This document shows, piece by piece, positions 45,601 through 55,122 of a DNA stretch of 64,000 nucleotides. The translations under genes were made by a program, and so were the position numbers. The notes beneath the pieces were generated by a model. That model made no database searches. It was not told the origin of the DNA and saw nothing but the letters and a program-made list of their open reading frames with translations. Origin of the DNA: a virus (Duplodnaviria; Heunggongvirae; Uroviricota; Caudoviricetes); the IMG/VR virus record IMGVR_UViG_3300028887_000068, positions 160,001 to 224,000 of that record. One strand, given 5' to 3'. Within the stretch, counting starts at the first letter, position 1, and every line of letters begins with the position of its first letter.

Positions 45601-46719
45601 AATGGTATGATTGCCATTGTTATAAGAGAAGTAAACTTCGGTACCAGCAGTATAGCCGCCAGTTCCAGTGAGATCAGTATAACCAATAGTGTCAGAAGTT
45701 ACAGCTAAACGATAGCATGTAATATCTGCATCACGGAGGTCTATGACTACACCTCTTACAGTATGGAACTTAACTTCAGAATTTTCTCTGTTACATTGAA
45801 TATTAGCGTTCTTAGCGTAAATATTAGCAAACGCTTTAATATTCACGAACTTAGAAGAAATATTCGTAGTATAGCCTTCATTGATAGTAATATAATTACC
45901 ACTTTCAACGCTAAAGCTATTACCAGATACATCAAGATTCTTGATTAGAATATGGCTATAAGACTGAATCTTAATATTGCCATTGAGCTTGACTAGGTTA
46001 ATGCTTGCAGTAGCATCGCTAAAGTTAAGGTCAAGATAGCCTTCACAGAAAAGCGTAAAGTCCATAGCAAGAACTTTGTTGCTAGATCCATCAAGGCTTA
46101 AAATTCCTAAAGCATTTGCGCCATTAAGAGTATAATCACCGCCAGCAAGTGCATAAATAGTAGCACCCTTGTTGTCTTTAAGAATACTCAAAGCCTTAGC
46201 AAACGTGGCAACTGGCTTCGCAGATGATAAACCATTATTAGAATCATTACCGTAATTTCTGTCAAGATAGATAATCGGTGTCTGACCTTGAGGAGCAGGT
46301 GACATCCATGCGGGTACACCATTAACTACTGTTAAGACATCACCCGGGTTTCTTCCTGTTGTGCTCGGAACCGGAACTATAGCTCGTATCTTTTGCAACA
46401 AGACTGAGCTCAGAGACGGGTCGGCAAGCCACTTGCTTGCATCCCAAGCTCCGGCAGGAATATCCTCTTTAGCGCAATAGAACCTTCCCTCACGATAGAC
46501 GAAGTCGTCTTTGATATAAGAAACGTCGTCTCTAAAGCCAAAGGCGATATCAAGAGAGGCGGCTACATCAGAGGCAGGAACGCTTTTGGATTCCTGCCCG
46601 AGACTAAGCACACCCAGATATCTGTCATCGCCACTAGACGACTTAGTAGTTCTGGCTTCTCTAAGACTAATCGTCTGTAATTCATTGGCGAAACATGAGT
46701 CAAATTCAGTATTCGGCAT
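42634..46719 (-). CDS. large tailspike/tail fibre protein, probably two tandem beta-helix modules
   Basis: IYLD...GNDSNNGLS..KP..T...A cap and second NDGLS.KTP..T cap; I/N/S-rich beta composition. Confidence 0.65.
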   Translation of the reverse strand: MPNTEFDSCFANELQTISLREARTTKSSSGDDRYLGVLSLGQESKSVPASDVAASLDIAFGFRDDVSYIKDDFVYREGRFYCAKEDIPAGAWDASKWLADPSLSSVLLQKIRAIVPVPSTTGRNPGDVLTVVNGVPAWMSPAPQGQTPIIYLDRNYGNDSNNGLSSAKPVATFAKALSILKDNKGATIYALAGGDYTLNGANALGILSLDGSSNKVLAMDFTLFCEGYLDLNFSDATASINLVKLNGNIKIQSYSHILIKNLDVSGNSFSVESGNYITINEGYTTNISSKFVNIKAFANIYAKNANIQCNRENSEVKFHTVRGVVIDLRDADITCYRLAVTSDTIGYTDLTGTGGYTAGTEVYFSYNNGNHTINVTGECLVSCWKLQTHRASAITCGRFNLTCESGYLPKIDSYSDVNIHSTRNIEIQNQIAITNYGDGNYANINITSEAGEIYFYNNDASNEYILGAERIKISAERITFSNSRETVPPINGKIVLINTYSGSGTTNLPDIIGKKVIIKSEGNVEINNILPANAASNRSVHITCENLKFNSSVKKIGTKTYGSSISYFDFLDVRARKFEVANGGNEVLAYAIYIKTTGVDDSSSDGDVCISTGAYISAMFLKIDCVSLYTGSGGGYIIVGGNSSVNDKIAGLGWETKDINTDTKYSAIINADSVYVMNNYTTMLHLCPYGNQKAGQYALIDVGVFNYGSNYYGVYYKPIAFYTNGGSVNFTGNIAGRIGGIFLNGELRLYPWDNFIILGFCNSSIGSSVDYQPPLDTNGNIKPTGKITATFDHKLIREFYIHPYSSVTSIDLNDGLSEKTPVCTPKGLYRAISKVEHSNYPILIHILGNGGSNITLDAKKIWEATGQQNTSGILAIQGNLNLDVTVANLPKGSNQNVYSFYDFRSLKLYPDTSEMSSGINNSGTLLFVRNVTGDFKYDIVDYTKTAWYSVFSAQCGQRMEVYGVCANTFRLKTEGYLYYENSRFAACDIVLESKYFVQFNTDAAKSPYISTSTTTERFAIEINSDEIIADLSKFKMTGASIRLNATNQADFTLNAQRGFYGCVGINANAPRVYLKTYDSGAAALSDPIGPNGLSIIADTLTIGNGTNPADRLPFFHCSFIASSEIIVETHLFSVDYGYKRRSAISSSVLGNVYDEPSFISSPEIKPCYPQFSIEVPDTFVDNSAIEFVNSNVTVNTGILDTELRFSTKGLYSDETYKMREINATLDIGRITKHGKISGYNIYDSSYATPINFNLISNIGVVEKDNTAWYAYFNDGTTGQADNDPAKHTNFKFIAHVMHEGTASVTQSYTGANTLWQVVADDKPRMTLPPAPSGNGSYILTCTMTNGTPTYAWITMNTTIVS

Positions 46720-46727
46720 AGAATCTC

Positions 46728-49673
46728 CTATTCAATAATTCTATTTTCGGTTTTTAGGGCAAGAAGCACTGGGCCATTACCCGTTCGTAACACAGTTCCA
46801 GAAGGATTAACCTTGAGAAAATAGATTACGCTTACTGGCGGTTTTATAAATCCTTCCCCACTTCTCAATGGGAATCTTTCATTAATCGCCCTGCGGCTAA
46901 TAAAGCTAGCTTCCTTATAGAGAATGTAATCGAAGTCATATTCGCCAGGTTGTATATCACTAGCCGTGACGATATGAGCAAATACTTCTTCACGGAAATG
47001 AAGAATAGACTCTAAACCAGCTTCTCCAGTATCGTCATCGTCCCCATCAGGAATATCAAGATTCCTCAGAACTTCCGGTTTGTCCAATGGTGAGTTAGTG
47101 AAAGATTCAAGGATGGCATCTGTGCTACCAGTTACTCCATCCTTGAACAAACTCGTGCTAGCCATCTCATTCATTGAGAAATGTGGAGAGTCCTTCAGAG
47201 TAAGACTGCCAAAGACAGCCATTCCGCTATCATCCAAAACAGAGCCGTCTAAGAGGATTCCCTGCTGTTCGGTCTCGTAGAAGAGACCGTCCATCAGGGT
47301 CATCTTATCTTCGCTGCCTTCATTGATCTCCACTTCGAGAGTGTTGTCAGCAGAGGATCTAATCTGAAGAGTGATACTCTTAATGAAAGCAATCAGGGAC
47401 GAAGCGAATGCTGCAATAGCAAGGCTATCGAGAGAAGTGAAGCTGATATCATTCAGTTCATATCTACGGAAGATGGCATCGATCTCAGAAGCGAGACTGG
47501 AAGAAATCATTTCGATTTCCGGCAGAGGATCATCGCTTTCATTAATGATACGCATGATTCTGGCAGTAAACTCGGGCTGATTTTCCTTCAAGTACTTCTC
47601 ATAGGTGTCTTCGCCAGCATAGTTCTCATTGGAGATATTGTCTTCGGACGCAATGAGGGCTTCCTTAATATGAAGAGCGTTCTTCATTTCAAAGTAGTTA
47701 TTAAGACCGTATGTCTTCAGTCTATTATAGAATACTTCGGAGGCTCCGTCTCCTACACCATACTTGAGCAGGGTGTGCTCAGTATCACCAGAAGAGATTA
47801 CACGAATGATATCTTTCTCTAATCTATCAATCGTGTTCGCACTGAACGTTGGAACATTACCGAACTTCTGCGAGAGGATACTGTAATCGATGGCATAATT
47901 ACCATGCGGAGTCTTCTTCACAAAGTCCGGGCTATAGTATTCAAGACCTTGTTCGATGTTCTCAACGGCATACTTCATGTCATCAAGGAATTCAGAGATA
48001 GATTTAAATTCTCTGATGAGATCCGGGATAGAGCTAATACGAGCGAAAAGTTCATCGCGATTCGGGAATTCTTCAGCACCGTATCCAGAAGAGTCTTCTA
48101 CGGCACAGACCACAGAAGCAGCCTTGCTAATGGGATCTTCGCTTGTAGGATCCGGTTGAATGATGTTCGTAACCTTCCTGGAAGCAAAGTCATAGAGCTT
48201 TAACGGATCGAGAGACGGGTTGTTAGGGTCATCATTCGTCAAGATGCTGTTAAGCATGATGATGAAATGCTTAAACTCGCGGTTATTGGAGTATGGGTCT
48301 GTAGAGTAACAGTTACCAACAGCGATGTTCTCCGGATTGAGCTTAGTGATAAGCAGTGCTCTGGTATAGACAAATGCTATCATGAGATCAAACAGAGAGA
48401 CATTTCCTCTCATTGCAGAAGATTCCACATTGAGACGAGCTGTATTAACATGATGAAGCATTGCGAAGAAGAGAGCAAGCTTCTCTGCCGAGCTCACAAG
48501 GTTATCATTCTTGTATGTGACAGAGATATACTTGGTCTCAAGAACACTAACATCCCTATTAGCCTTGAGCTGTGCTTCCCCTCGGTCATCTTCGTTAGGG
48601 AACCAGAATCTATCTTCAGATACGAAGTCACTGTAAGCAACTGGAGAAAGTTCGTCTTTGTGAGCTTTAATATACGCAATGCTGTCCTTAACACTGTAAG
48701 GAATCTTGTAGAACTTCAGGCTGACAGAATCCGGATTCGGTTCATCGATAGTATCTTCAGAGAAGAACTTGCTCTTGTATTCGCTATCGGCGATTTCCTT
48801 AACAAGCACGTACTTGTATATCTTGATACTTTCAGACTTGAAGATATCGTCAACTACAATGTCAAAAGCTGCATCAGTAGCTTTTGCGTTGATAAGTTTG
48901 TAGAGAGCCTTAGCCACATCTTCCTTGAAAGAAGACGGGATGATACTATCATTAAAGAAACCGAAACTGTAGAAGAGGTTTCTAAGATCCTTGGCAGTGT
49001 AGTTCTTGTAGATGGTAAGATCCGCAAGTTTCTCATCGAGGTATCTGGTAATAGTCATCACGATGAGAAGGAAGTTAACGAGCTCACGATAAGTGTTCGT
49101 ATACTCGAAAGCCTTATTGAACAATCTCTCCATGAAGAGATTGCGGCATTCATCGTAGATCTTATTGAACCTGAAGAGGTCAATATTGGAAGTAACTGCG
49201 CCAGTGTTGTAAGCGATGATGGACATATCCTGAGCTCTACGAGCATCATACGGATCGCATCCATAGGTATAGAACAACATTCTGTAATACGAGTTAGCTT
49301 CGTACACATTGCCCCTATACGGAGCAGTGAGATTGCCATAGTTGGTGTTGAAGGCAGCTTCAGAAACTTCTTTCAATCTCCTATCATTGTTACCAATGTA
49401 CAGGGAGTTTCTGCGATAGCAATCAATGAAGTAAGCAGTGTTATCCGGAATTGCGTTATATTCGCGCAATTCGCTTGTGGTAAAACACGGAACACCGTTT
49501 TCAATAGGAAGAGTACCTTCGATAGCGGAAATGTAGTTGTTCGCATAGGTAACAGACTTGACACTTTCATGCTGGTCTGCTGAAGTCTGGTCTTTGAGAA
49601 TCAGCGTAGAGGCGAAAGTAATCAGTTCCTTTAGGATCTTCGCATCTTGTTTCTGCTTTTCTGCCAAATACAT
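46728..49673 (-). CDS. large virion structural protein, probable baseplate wedge
   Basis: AAGGAG RBS before ATG 49673; L..LF.SFG...L.KLI.AKAT resembles wedge/tail P2_I motif; next to spike gene. Confidence 0.6.
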   Translation of the reverse strand: MYLAEKQKQDAKILKELITFASTLILKDQTSADQHESVKSVTYANNYISAIEGTLPIENGVPCFTTSELREYNAIPDNTAYFIDCYRRNSLYIGNNDRRLKEVSEAAFNTNYGNLTAPYRGNVYEANSYYRMLFYTYGCDPYDARRAQDMSIIAYNTGAVTSNIDLFRFNKIYDECRNLFMERLFNKAFEYTNTYRELVNFLLIVMTITRYLDEKLADLTIYKNYTAKDLRNLFYSFGFFNDSIIPSSFKEDVAKALYKLINAKATDAAFDIVVDDIFKSESIKIYKYVLVKEIADSEYKSKFFSEDTIDEPNPDSVSLKFYKIPYSVKDSIAYIKAHKDELSPVAYSDFVSEDRFWFPNEDDRGEAQLKANRDVSVLETKYISVTYKNDNLVSSAEKLALFFAMLHHVNTARLNVESSAMRGNVSLFDLMIAFVYTRALLITKLNPENIAVGNCYSTDPYSNNREFKHFIIMLNSILTNDDPNNPSLDPLKLYDFASRKVTNIIQPDPTSEDPISKAASVVCAVEDSSGYGAEEFPNRDELFARISSIPDLIREFKSISEFLDDMKYAVENIEQGLEYYSPDFVKKTPHGNYAIDYSILSQKFGNVPTFSANTIDRLEKDIIRVISSGDTEHTLLKYGVGDGASEVFYNRLKTYGLNNYFEMKNALHIKEALIASEDNISNENYAGEDTYEKYLKENQPEFTARIMRIINESDDPLPEIEMISSSLASEIDAIFRRYELNDISFTSLDSLAIAAFASSLIAFIKSITLQIRSSADNTLEVEINEGSEDKMTLMDGLFYETEQQGILLDGSVLDDSGMAVFGSLTLKDSPHFSMNEMASTSLFKDGVTGSTDAILESFTNSPLDKPEVLRNLDIPDGDDDDTGEAGLESILHFREEVFAHIVTASDIQPGEYDFDYILYKEASFISRRAINERFPLRSGEGFIKPPVSVIYFLKVNPSGTVLRTGNGPVLLALKTENRIIE

Positions 49674-49692
49674 TAGATGACTCCTTATAAAT

Positions 49693-49705
49693 TCATTATG
49701 AAGTT
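49693..49705 (-). promoter_or_regulatory. AACT-class promoter (AACTtcatAATGA)
   Basis: Consensus match; supports start at 49673 rather than 49805. Confidence 0.75.
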
Positions 49706-49749
49706 CCGCCATAAAAAGGTGCATAGGCTTTTGACCTATGCACAATTTC

Positions 49750-50583
49750 TTAGAAACCCTTGAGATCTTTGATTCCGGCAGGAATACCACCGTGTACGAA
49801 TCCACCTAGCGGACAGTTGGTAATGATATTGGGAGCCCACTTCTGAGAATCATTAGACTTTAGGCTGATGACCTTAGAATCTAGGTACGTCTCGTCGGCT
49901 GTCACATTTACCTTTGAAGCCTGAACATTGACTTCATTGGCAATGATTTGGATCTTGTCATTATCGAGAGAGATAACAGCAGCATCTTCGGCTGTATTGA
50001 TGACAATCTTCTTCTCCTTAGCGTCAACAAGCACACCACTCTTGTCGCTCATCTGGAGGAAGAACTGCTGGTCGTCATTCTCGAATCCGATGGTATCGCC
50101 ATTGATAGTCTCATGGATAAGATCTACGCCAGTGTCACCTTCAATGGTAGAATTCTTCAGAGTACTGCTTCCTTCAACAGCGGGGCCGAAAGGAAGATAG
50201 TACGGGTATCTGATGTCCTCATTGAGGAATATGACAAACACCACAGCACCGATAGGCGGAACGATAAAGCTACCAGTCTCTGCTCTCTTGTTGGCCTCTT
50301 CATCGTGATACTCGAATCGATTGGAAGCACGGTTACACCAAATGAAGTTCGTAGCTTTAAGACCTTGGCTAGTACCGCTGATATTGTCATTAGAGTCCTT
50401 GTTGTCATTTTTCACAACAGTCTCACGGTTTTCCACTATCTTAGTATAGCTACCCGCAAATGGCATCAATCTCTTAATAGCAACACCTACACGACCCTGC
50501 TTCTTAGGGTCATCATTCGTGACTACGGTGCCTTCAAAGAATCCAGAAAAATCAAGAGGACTTCTCATTTTGTTATTGAACAT
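49750..50583 (-). CDS. baseplate central spike (gp5/VgrG OB-fold, no lysozyme)
   Basis: G.VV.NDDP.K.GRV.V, GSFIVPPIGA.V.V.F...D..YP, beta repeats, C-terminal CP....HG. Confidence 0.85.
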   Translation of the reverse strand: MFNNKMRSPLDFSGFFEGTVVTNDDPKKQGRVGVAIKRLMPFAGSYTKIVENRETVVKNDNKDSNDNISGTSQGLKATNFIWCNRASNRFEYHDEEANKRAETGSFIVPPIGAVVFVIFLNEDIRYPYYLPFGPAVEGSSTLKNSTIEGDTGVDLIHETINGDTIGFENDDQQFFLQMSDKSGVLVDAKEKKIVINTAEDAAVISLDNDKIQIIANEVNVQASKVNVTADETYLDSKVISLKSNDSQKWAPNIITNCPLGGFVHGGIPAGIKDLKGF

Positions 50584-50595
50584 AAGCTCTCCTTT

Positions 50596-50608
50596 CTATT
50601 GTGAAGTT
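50596..50608 (-). promoter_or_regulatory. AACT-class promoter (AACTtcacAATAG)
   Basis: Between terminator 50622-50648 and RBS. Confidence 0.65.
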
Positions 50609-50654
50609 TCGAGAATATAAAAACCCGTATCTTGCGATACGGGTCTTTATTACT

Positions 50655-53600
50655 TTAGCGTTCAACAATGAAGGAGAACACGAAGCGTTCCATGATGTCA
50701 ACGAACGCCACAGCCACATCAATACGGCAGATTTTCTGCTGGACATCGTAGTCCGTAGAGGAGATCGTCGGAGTGATGTACTTGAATGCACCCTGAAGGA
50801 TGTATTCAGCAGCACAAGAATTCAGTTCGCTCATGAGCTGAGCCTGAACAGTGCCGATAGCGTCCTCGCTGCGGTAGTTACGGCTAATCTTGAGGAAGTC
50901 TCTCTTGACAGCCAAGATAGCACGAACAGCATGGATAAGCGTCAACGGAGTATTCTTCGTCTGAGAAGTCAGTTCGGTTGCGAAGAAGACACCTTGAGCG
51001 TCACGTTCAATGTAGTTGACCTGATGCTTGTAGAGTTCGCTCATTTCATAGGTCGTCGGCATGTAGGAAATGCTACGGAAGCCAGCGATCGTTCCACGGC
51101 GAGCGCCCACAAAGTTCTTGGTCTTACCATTTGCCACATCGTTAGACGGGATCTTGGAAGACAAGAAGAACGTCGGAGTAACCTTGATGACCTTACCAGA
51201 CCAGATATCATTCACAACCAGATGCTGGGTGAAGATAGAGGCATAGAAGGTATCGTAGTTCTGTTCATTCTGTCTCTTATCGATAGCCTGAGTAGCGTTG
51301 GCAATAGACAAGCCTTGGTCGAGCAACACAATGCAGTCCTGACGGGTGACAGATGCAAGATCCACCATTGCCTTACGGACAGTTTCATCGTAGTTAGCGT
51401 CGAACATCAAATCGAACTCACAGAGGTTCACGTTGGTGATGAACGGATCAGTCGTACCATTGTAGGCACGGACAAGAGCCTGAGCCAAAGTGCTCGTGTA
51501 AGCAGGTTGACCTTCATCGTCTTCATATTCGAAGCCCCAACCATTACCATACGAACCACCACCGAGATACAGCGAGGTAGCCGGGGTGAGGGTATTGTAG
51601 AACCAGAAGGAGACAAACGGTTCAGTATACATCAACAGATCAGAGTTATCTCTGGAGTAACGAGTCTGGTCGAGCGTGCAACCATCCACGTCAGCACCGA
51701 TAGCACTCATGAGGGAAGTGAACGCATACTGTGCAAGTTCAGTCGTTTCGTACTTTTCACCGAACGTTCTGGTGTTGAATTCATCGAGATCGATACGGTT
51801 GAAGATGTACTTAATCACAGTGTCAACATCGACGTAGATTTCGTTATCATCTTCGTCAGTAACAACCTTGTTGTTAGCATCCTTCACTGCAAGCTTCGTT
51901 TCAATGAAGTTCTGGAGGTTGTCGTAGTTGACCACGCAAGTCAAGTAAGAAGAGTAGGTGTTCACCACGTCTTCAATAAAGAGGCTTTCCTTAGTAGCAG
52001 CCACAGCATCCGGATCGAAGGATACAGAGAACTGTTCACGAACAATTTCTTCACCCTTGGATTTTTCAATCACGGAGAGCTTGAACATACTCCAATCAGG
52101 ATAAGTACCATCAAAGTTGTCATCGTAGGTCAGAGACACTGCGAGGTTGTTGTACCACTTACCAGAACCCTTCGGCAAGAAGCGGCAGAATTCAACAAAG
52201 TTAGCAGAGTTCAAAGTAGCCTGGTCTGCTTCCGTGATTTCGTCGCGGATTGCACCAACTACATAACCTTCCTTGGCATCTTCAATCTTATCCCAGATGT
52301 CGCTGTTCTTGACCTTGATACCGTCTTCGATACGGTATGCTTCATAGTCAGCAGCAGCTTCCGGAGAGAAGTCAGAGAATGTCGTAGCCACGAGACCGAT
52401 CGTGTCATAAAGACGTTCGAGATAGTCGAAGTTGCCTTCGAAAGCACTACCATCGAATTCAACGATCTTGCGAACATAAGCAATCTTTTCACCCGGAATC
52501 TGAGATGCCGTGATGGAGGTCTTGCCTTCGTCAACATCGTCGTATGCACGAAGAGTCAGGTTTTCAAGAGAGTCAGAAACAAACGTGAGAGCAGCAGTAC
52601 CATTGAAGCCAGCCACGGACATGTTACCAGAGAGAACTGGAACAAGACCTGCGAACGTGAATTCAAAAGCAGTTCCATAGACGGTGTCGAGCGTAGCCGT
52701 ACCAGTCGTAGCACCGTTGGCGAGCTTTTCCATCACCTTGGATACCGGGATGTCAGAAACGACAATGTTCTGCAATCTGCCATTTTCTTCGGCAGTGAGG
52801 TAAGCCGCGATGACGTTCGGGACTTCAGTTGCGTCGATATCCGTTCTGAGCTTAATGGACGTAGTCGTCACATTGTCATTAGTCGTGGTCACCGTTGTAA
52901 ACAGTTTACCATAGGACGTACCACGGATGGTGTTGAATTCATCGGCGGTGATAGCCTTAGTAGTATCAACGGTTACAGAAAGCTTACCTTCAGAAGCGGA
53001 AAGCGTATAGAGCGACGGAGTGGCGTTGAAGTAGTTGACATATTCAAGGTCATTGACAGCCAGCTTTCTTGCAGTACCGCCATCTACAGCAACTTTCCAG
53101 TTAGTTTCAGTGGAAACATCAGCACTGAAAGCAACCCTCGTTCTCACGATGCTTGCATACTTGGTTTCCATTGCCTTGACCGGATAGGACTTATCGGTCG
53201 TCGGAACCATAGCTTCGCTGCTATCGCTCGGCTTGATACGGTTGAAACGATATGCTTCCGGAATAGTCACGGCTTCAGAGAACACCGGAGAACCATCCAC
53301 GATTCTCTTCACGTAGAAGAGGGAAACATTCTTCGTTGCGCCAGTTGTTTCTGCTGCATTAACGAGAGCTGTAGCGGTTACTTCATTACCAAGCTTGTAG
53401 TTGAGGGCATGGAGAGAGTTCCATTCGTCCACTTCAACCTTAGTGAATGCAGTGTTGTCGTTGATGAGATCCGAGGATACCGGAATATACTGACCGACAG
53501 TTGCTTCCTTGTAAACTTCGTAAGAGAAATCCCAAGATGCTTCATCAGCAGTACCAATCACGAGAGACAGACGGGTCGTAAGCTTTGCAGTGCCGTTCGT

Positions 53601-54827
53601 AGCGGAAGCGACAATTTCATCGCCACCGAAGAAAGTCGTAATATCGACATTTCTGAATACTGCGCGAGCATTGCCAGCAGCGGTTCTGTTATCCTGCAAC
53701 CAGAGAGACGTGTGCTTTTCGTCCTTCTTGATTTTAGAACCGAACCCCGGCTTCTTTCCGGTTTCTTCGATTTCGCTTCCTTCAAGTTCAGCCTTGAACT
53801 GGTCTGCGGTAGTAGAACCAACGCGACCAAAGAGAGCTACAAGAGCGCCGTCAAGTGTCGTTGCGATGTCGGTGGTAGCAGCTGCTGCATAAATGCGAAC
53901 CGTACCAGAGAAGATAAGAACATGAGAAGCCTTGTCGGCATCTGCGACATCCGGGTCAACAGCTGCAAGAGCCTGTTCATAGGTTTCATATACCTTGATG
54001 GAGGTAGCAGAACCAGCAGTTTCAGTTTCAATAGCCGTACCAACTTCGTCAGTAATGCAGAAATGGTCAGCAAGAATCGTTGCCACAAAGCTCGTAGCAG
54101 ACGTCGGATCAGCAAAAGTTACACCGCCAACTTCACCAACGAAGTAACCATTAGCATTGGAGACAAGCTTAATATCTTGGCTGAAGATACCAGAAAATTC
54201 GACATACGGATTGGAGTATGTAACGACATTCTTCTTAGCCACGGCAGTGATGGTCTTAGTCGTATCAGTGTTCTTGGCCTTGTAGAGTTCGATTTCATCG
54301 AGCGTCTGAAGACGGAGAGCAGTGTTGATAGTACCATTTTCTTCCACGTAGAACAACGGGAGGATAGCGAAATTGCCGGAACGACCGTCAACAGCAACCT
54401 TCTGCTTGTCGTCAGTCTGAGCAAGATTCCAGAGCTTAATCTGGTCAGTCGTCATTTCGAGACGACGATACTTTTCCTGATCGTTGGTGAAAGCCTGTTC
54501 CTTACGGAAACCAATGCCAAGAGAAAGGGCAGCAAATCTTTCATCATCCGGGACTACACGGATCACCCAAGCGCCGCCACCAGCATTGATATAATTGAGA
54601 GCGTTCAGAGCCGATTGACCGTACTTAGCGTAGGACGGTTCACCGAAGTTGAAGATCCATTCACTCTGAGTAGTGATGTAAGTAGCTTCATTCGGCATAC
54701 CCTTTTCGGCTTCCAAGGCAATGAACATGTTTGTCAAGCCGCTAGACGATACAGTCAGGACGGCATTATCGATAATACGAGCACTCGAGTGCGGGTGCAT
54801 GTATTTCGGCAGAGAATCAGCAGCCAT
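50655..54827 (-). CDS. contractile tail sheath protein, unusually large (1390 aa)
   Basis: HP...IIDN, FGEP.Y.KYGQ....A.NY...GG.AWVIRV, G.GKWYNNL, L.GGS.G, RQDC...D, ELY..QVNYI. Confidence 0.9.
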   Translation of the reverse strand: MAADSLPKYMHPHSSARIIDNAVLTVSSSGLTNMFIALEAEKGMPNEATYITTQSEWIFNFGEPSYAKYGQSALNALNYINAGGGAWVIRVVPDDERFAALSLGIGFRKEQAFTNDQEKYRRLEMTTDQIKLWNLAQTDDKQKVAVDGRSGNFAILPLFYVEENGTINTALRLQTLDEIELYKAKNTDTTKTITAVAKKNVVTYSNPYVEFSGIFSQDIKLVSNANGYFVGEVGGVTFADPTSATSFVATILADHFCITDEVGTAIETETAGSATSIKVYETYEQALAAVDPDVADADKASHVLIFSGTVRIYAAAATTDIATTLDGALVALFGRVGSTTADQFKAELEGSEIEETGKKPGFGSKIKKDEKHTSLWLQDNRTAAGNARAVFRNVDITTFFGGDEIVASATNGTAKLTTRLSLVIGTADEASWDFSYEVYKEATVGQYIPVSSDLINDNTAFTKVEVDEWNSLHALNYKLGNEVTATALVNAAETTGATKNVSLFYVKRIVDGSPVFSEAVTIPEAYRFNRIKPSDSSEAMVPTTDKSYPVKAMETKYASIVRTRVAFSADVSTETNWKVAVDGGTARKLAVNDLEYVNYFNATPSLYTLSASEGKLSVTVDTTKAITADEFNTIRGTSYGKLFTTVTTTNDNVTTTSIKLRTDIDATEVPNVIAAYLTAEENGRLQNIVVSDIPVSKVMEKLANGATTGTATLDTVYGTAFEFTFAGLVPVLSGNMSVAGFNGTAALTFVSDSLENLTLRAYDDVDEGKTSITASQIPGEKIAYVRKIVEFDGSAFEGNFDYLERLYDTIGLVATTFSDFSPEAAADYEAYRIEDGIKVKNSDIWDKIEDAKEGYVVGAIRDEITEADQATLNSANFVEFCRFLPKGSGKWYNNLAVSLTYDDNFDGTYPDWSMFKLSVIEKSKGEEIVREQFSVSFDPDAVAATKESLFIEDVVNTYSSYLTCVVNYDNLQNFIETKLAVKDANNKVVTDEDDNEIYVDVDTVIKYIFNRIDLDEFNTRTFGEKYETTELAQYAFTSLMSAIGADVDGCTLDQTRYSRDNSDLLMYTEPFVSFWFYNTLTPATSLYLGGGSYGNGWGFEYEDDEGQPAYTSTLAQALVRAYNGTTDPFITNVNLCEFDLMFDANYDETVRKAMVDLASVTRQDCIVLLDQGLSIANATQAIDKRQNEQNYDTFYASIFTQHLVVNDIWSGKVIKVTPTFFLSSKIPSNDVANGKTKNFVGARRGTIAGFRSISYMPTTYEMSELYKHQVNYIERDAQGVFFATELTSQTKNTPLTLIHAVRAILAVKRDFLKISRNYRSEDAIGTVQAQLMSELNSCAAEYILQGAFKYITPTISSTDYDVQQKICRIDVAVAFVDIMERFVFSFIVER

Positions 54828-54888
54828 AATTGGACTCCTTGTATTTGCTAAAGTTAATATTCATAAGACATTTATGAAATATCGATGC

Positions 54889-54901
54889 TCATTTTAGAGT
54901 T
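54889..54901 (-). promoter_or_regulatory. AACT-class promoter (AACTctaaAATGA) of sheath gene
   Basis: Consensus match. Confidence 0.75.
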
Positions 54902-54958
54902 TCTGGAAGGATGATAAAATTGATAGTTTCTTCCTGAGTAAAATTCAGACTGCTGAGA

Positions 54959-54970
54959 GTATATTAAACT
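54959..54970 (+). promoter_or_regulatory. putative early promoter GTATATTAAAC
   Basis: Directly before GAGG RBS of small membrane ORF. Confidence 0.55.
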
Positions 54971-54983
54971 ATGAGGTAAGATT

Positions 54984-55103
54984 ATGTTTATACTACCAGT
55001 CTTATTCATCATGCTTCTTTACGGCATCTTTACGATGCGTAAGAAGATGCTTGTAGCATTTATCGTGGGGGTGCTATATGGCATTATATCCAGTTCCCAC
55101 TAG
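54984..55103 (+). CDS. 39-aa membrane peptide (MFILPVLFIMLLYGIFTMRKKMLVAFIVGVLYGIISSSH), absent from ORF track
   Basis: GAGG RBS, two hydrophobic stretches around RKK. Confidence 0.6.
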   Translation: MFILPVLFIMLLYGIFTMRKKMLVAFIVGVLYGIISSSH

Positions 55104-55122
55104 CAGCTACAGGAGGCTGAAT

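Noticed and set aside
49674-49805. Longer starts in the ORF track (49805; likewise 31214, 8199, 38790, 36617, 39673)
   Set aside because: They cross terminators or promoter motifs or lack an RBS; downstream ATGs have AAGGAG/GAGG sites
50601-54851. 1416-aa antisense ORF opposite the tail sheath
   Set aside because: Codon-registered mirror of a highly expressed gene that avoids TTA/CTA/TCA; no RBS, promoter or protein-like motifs
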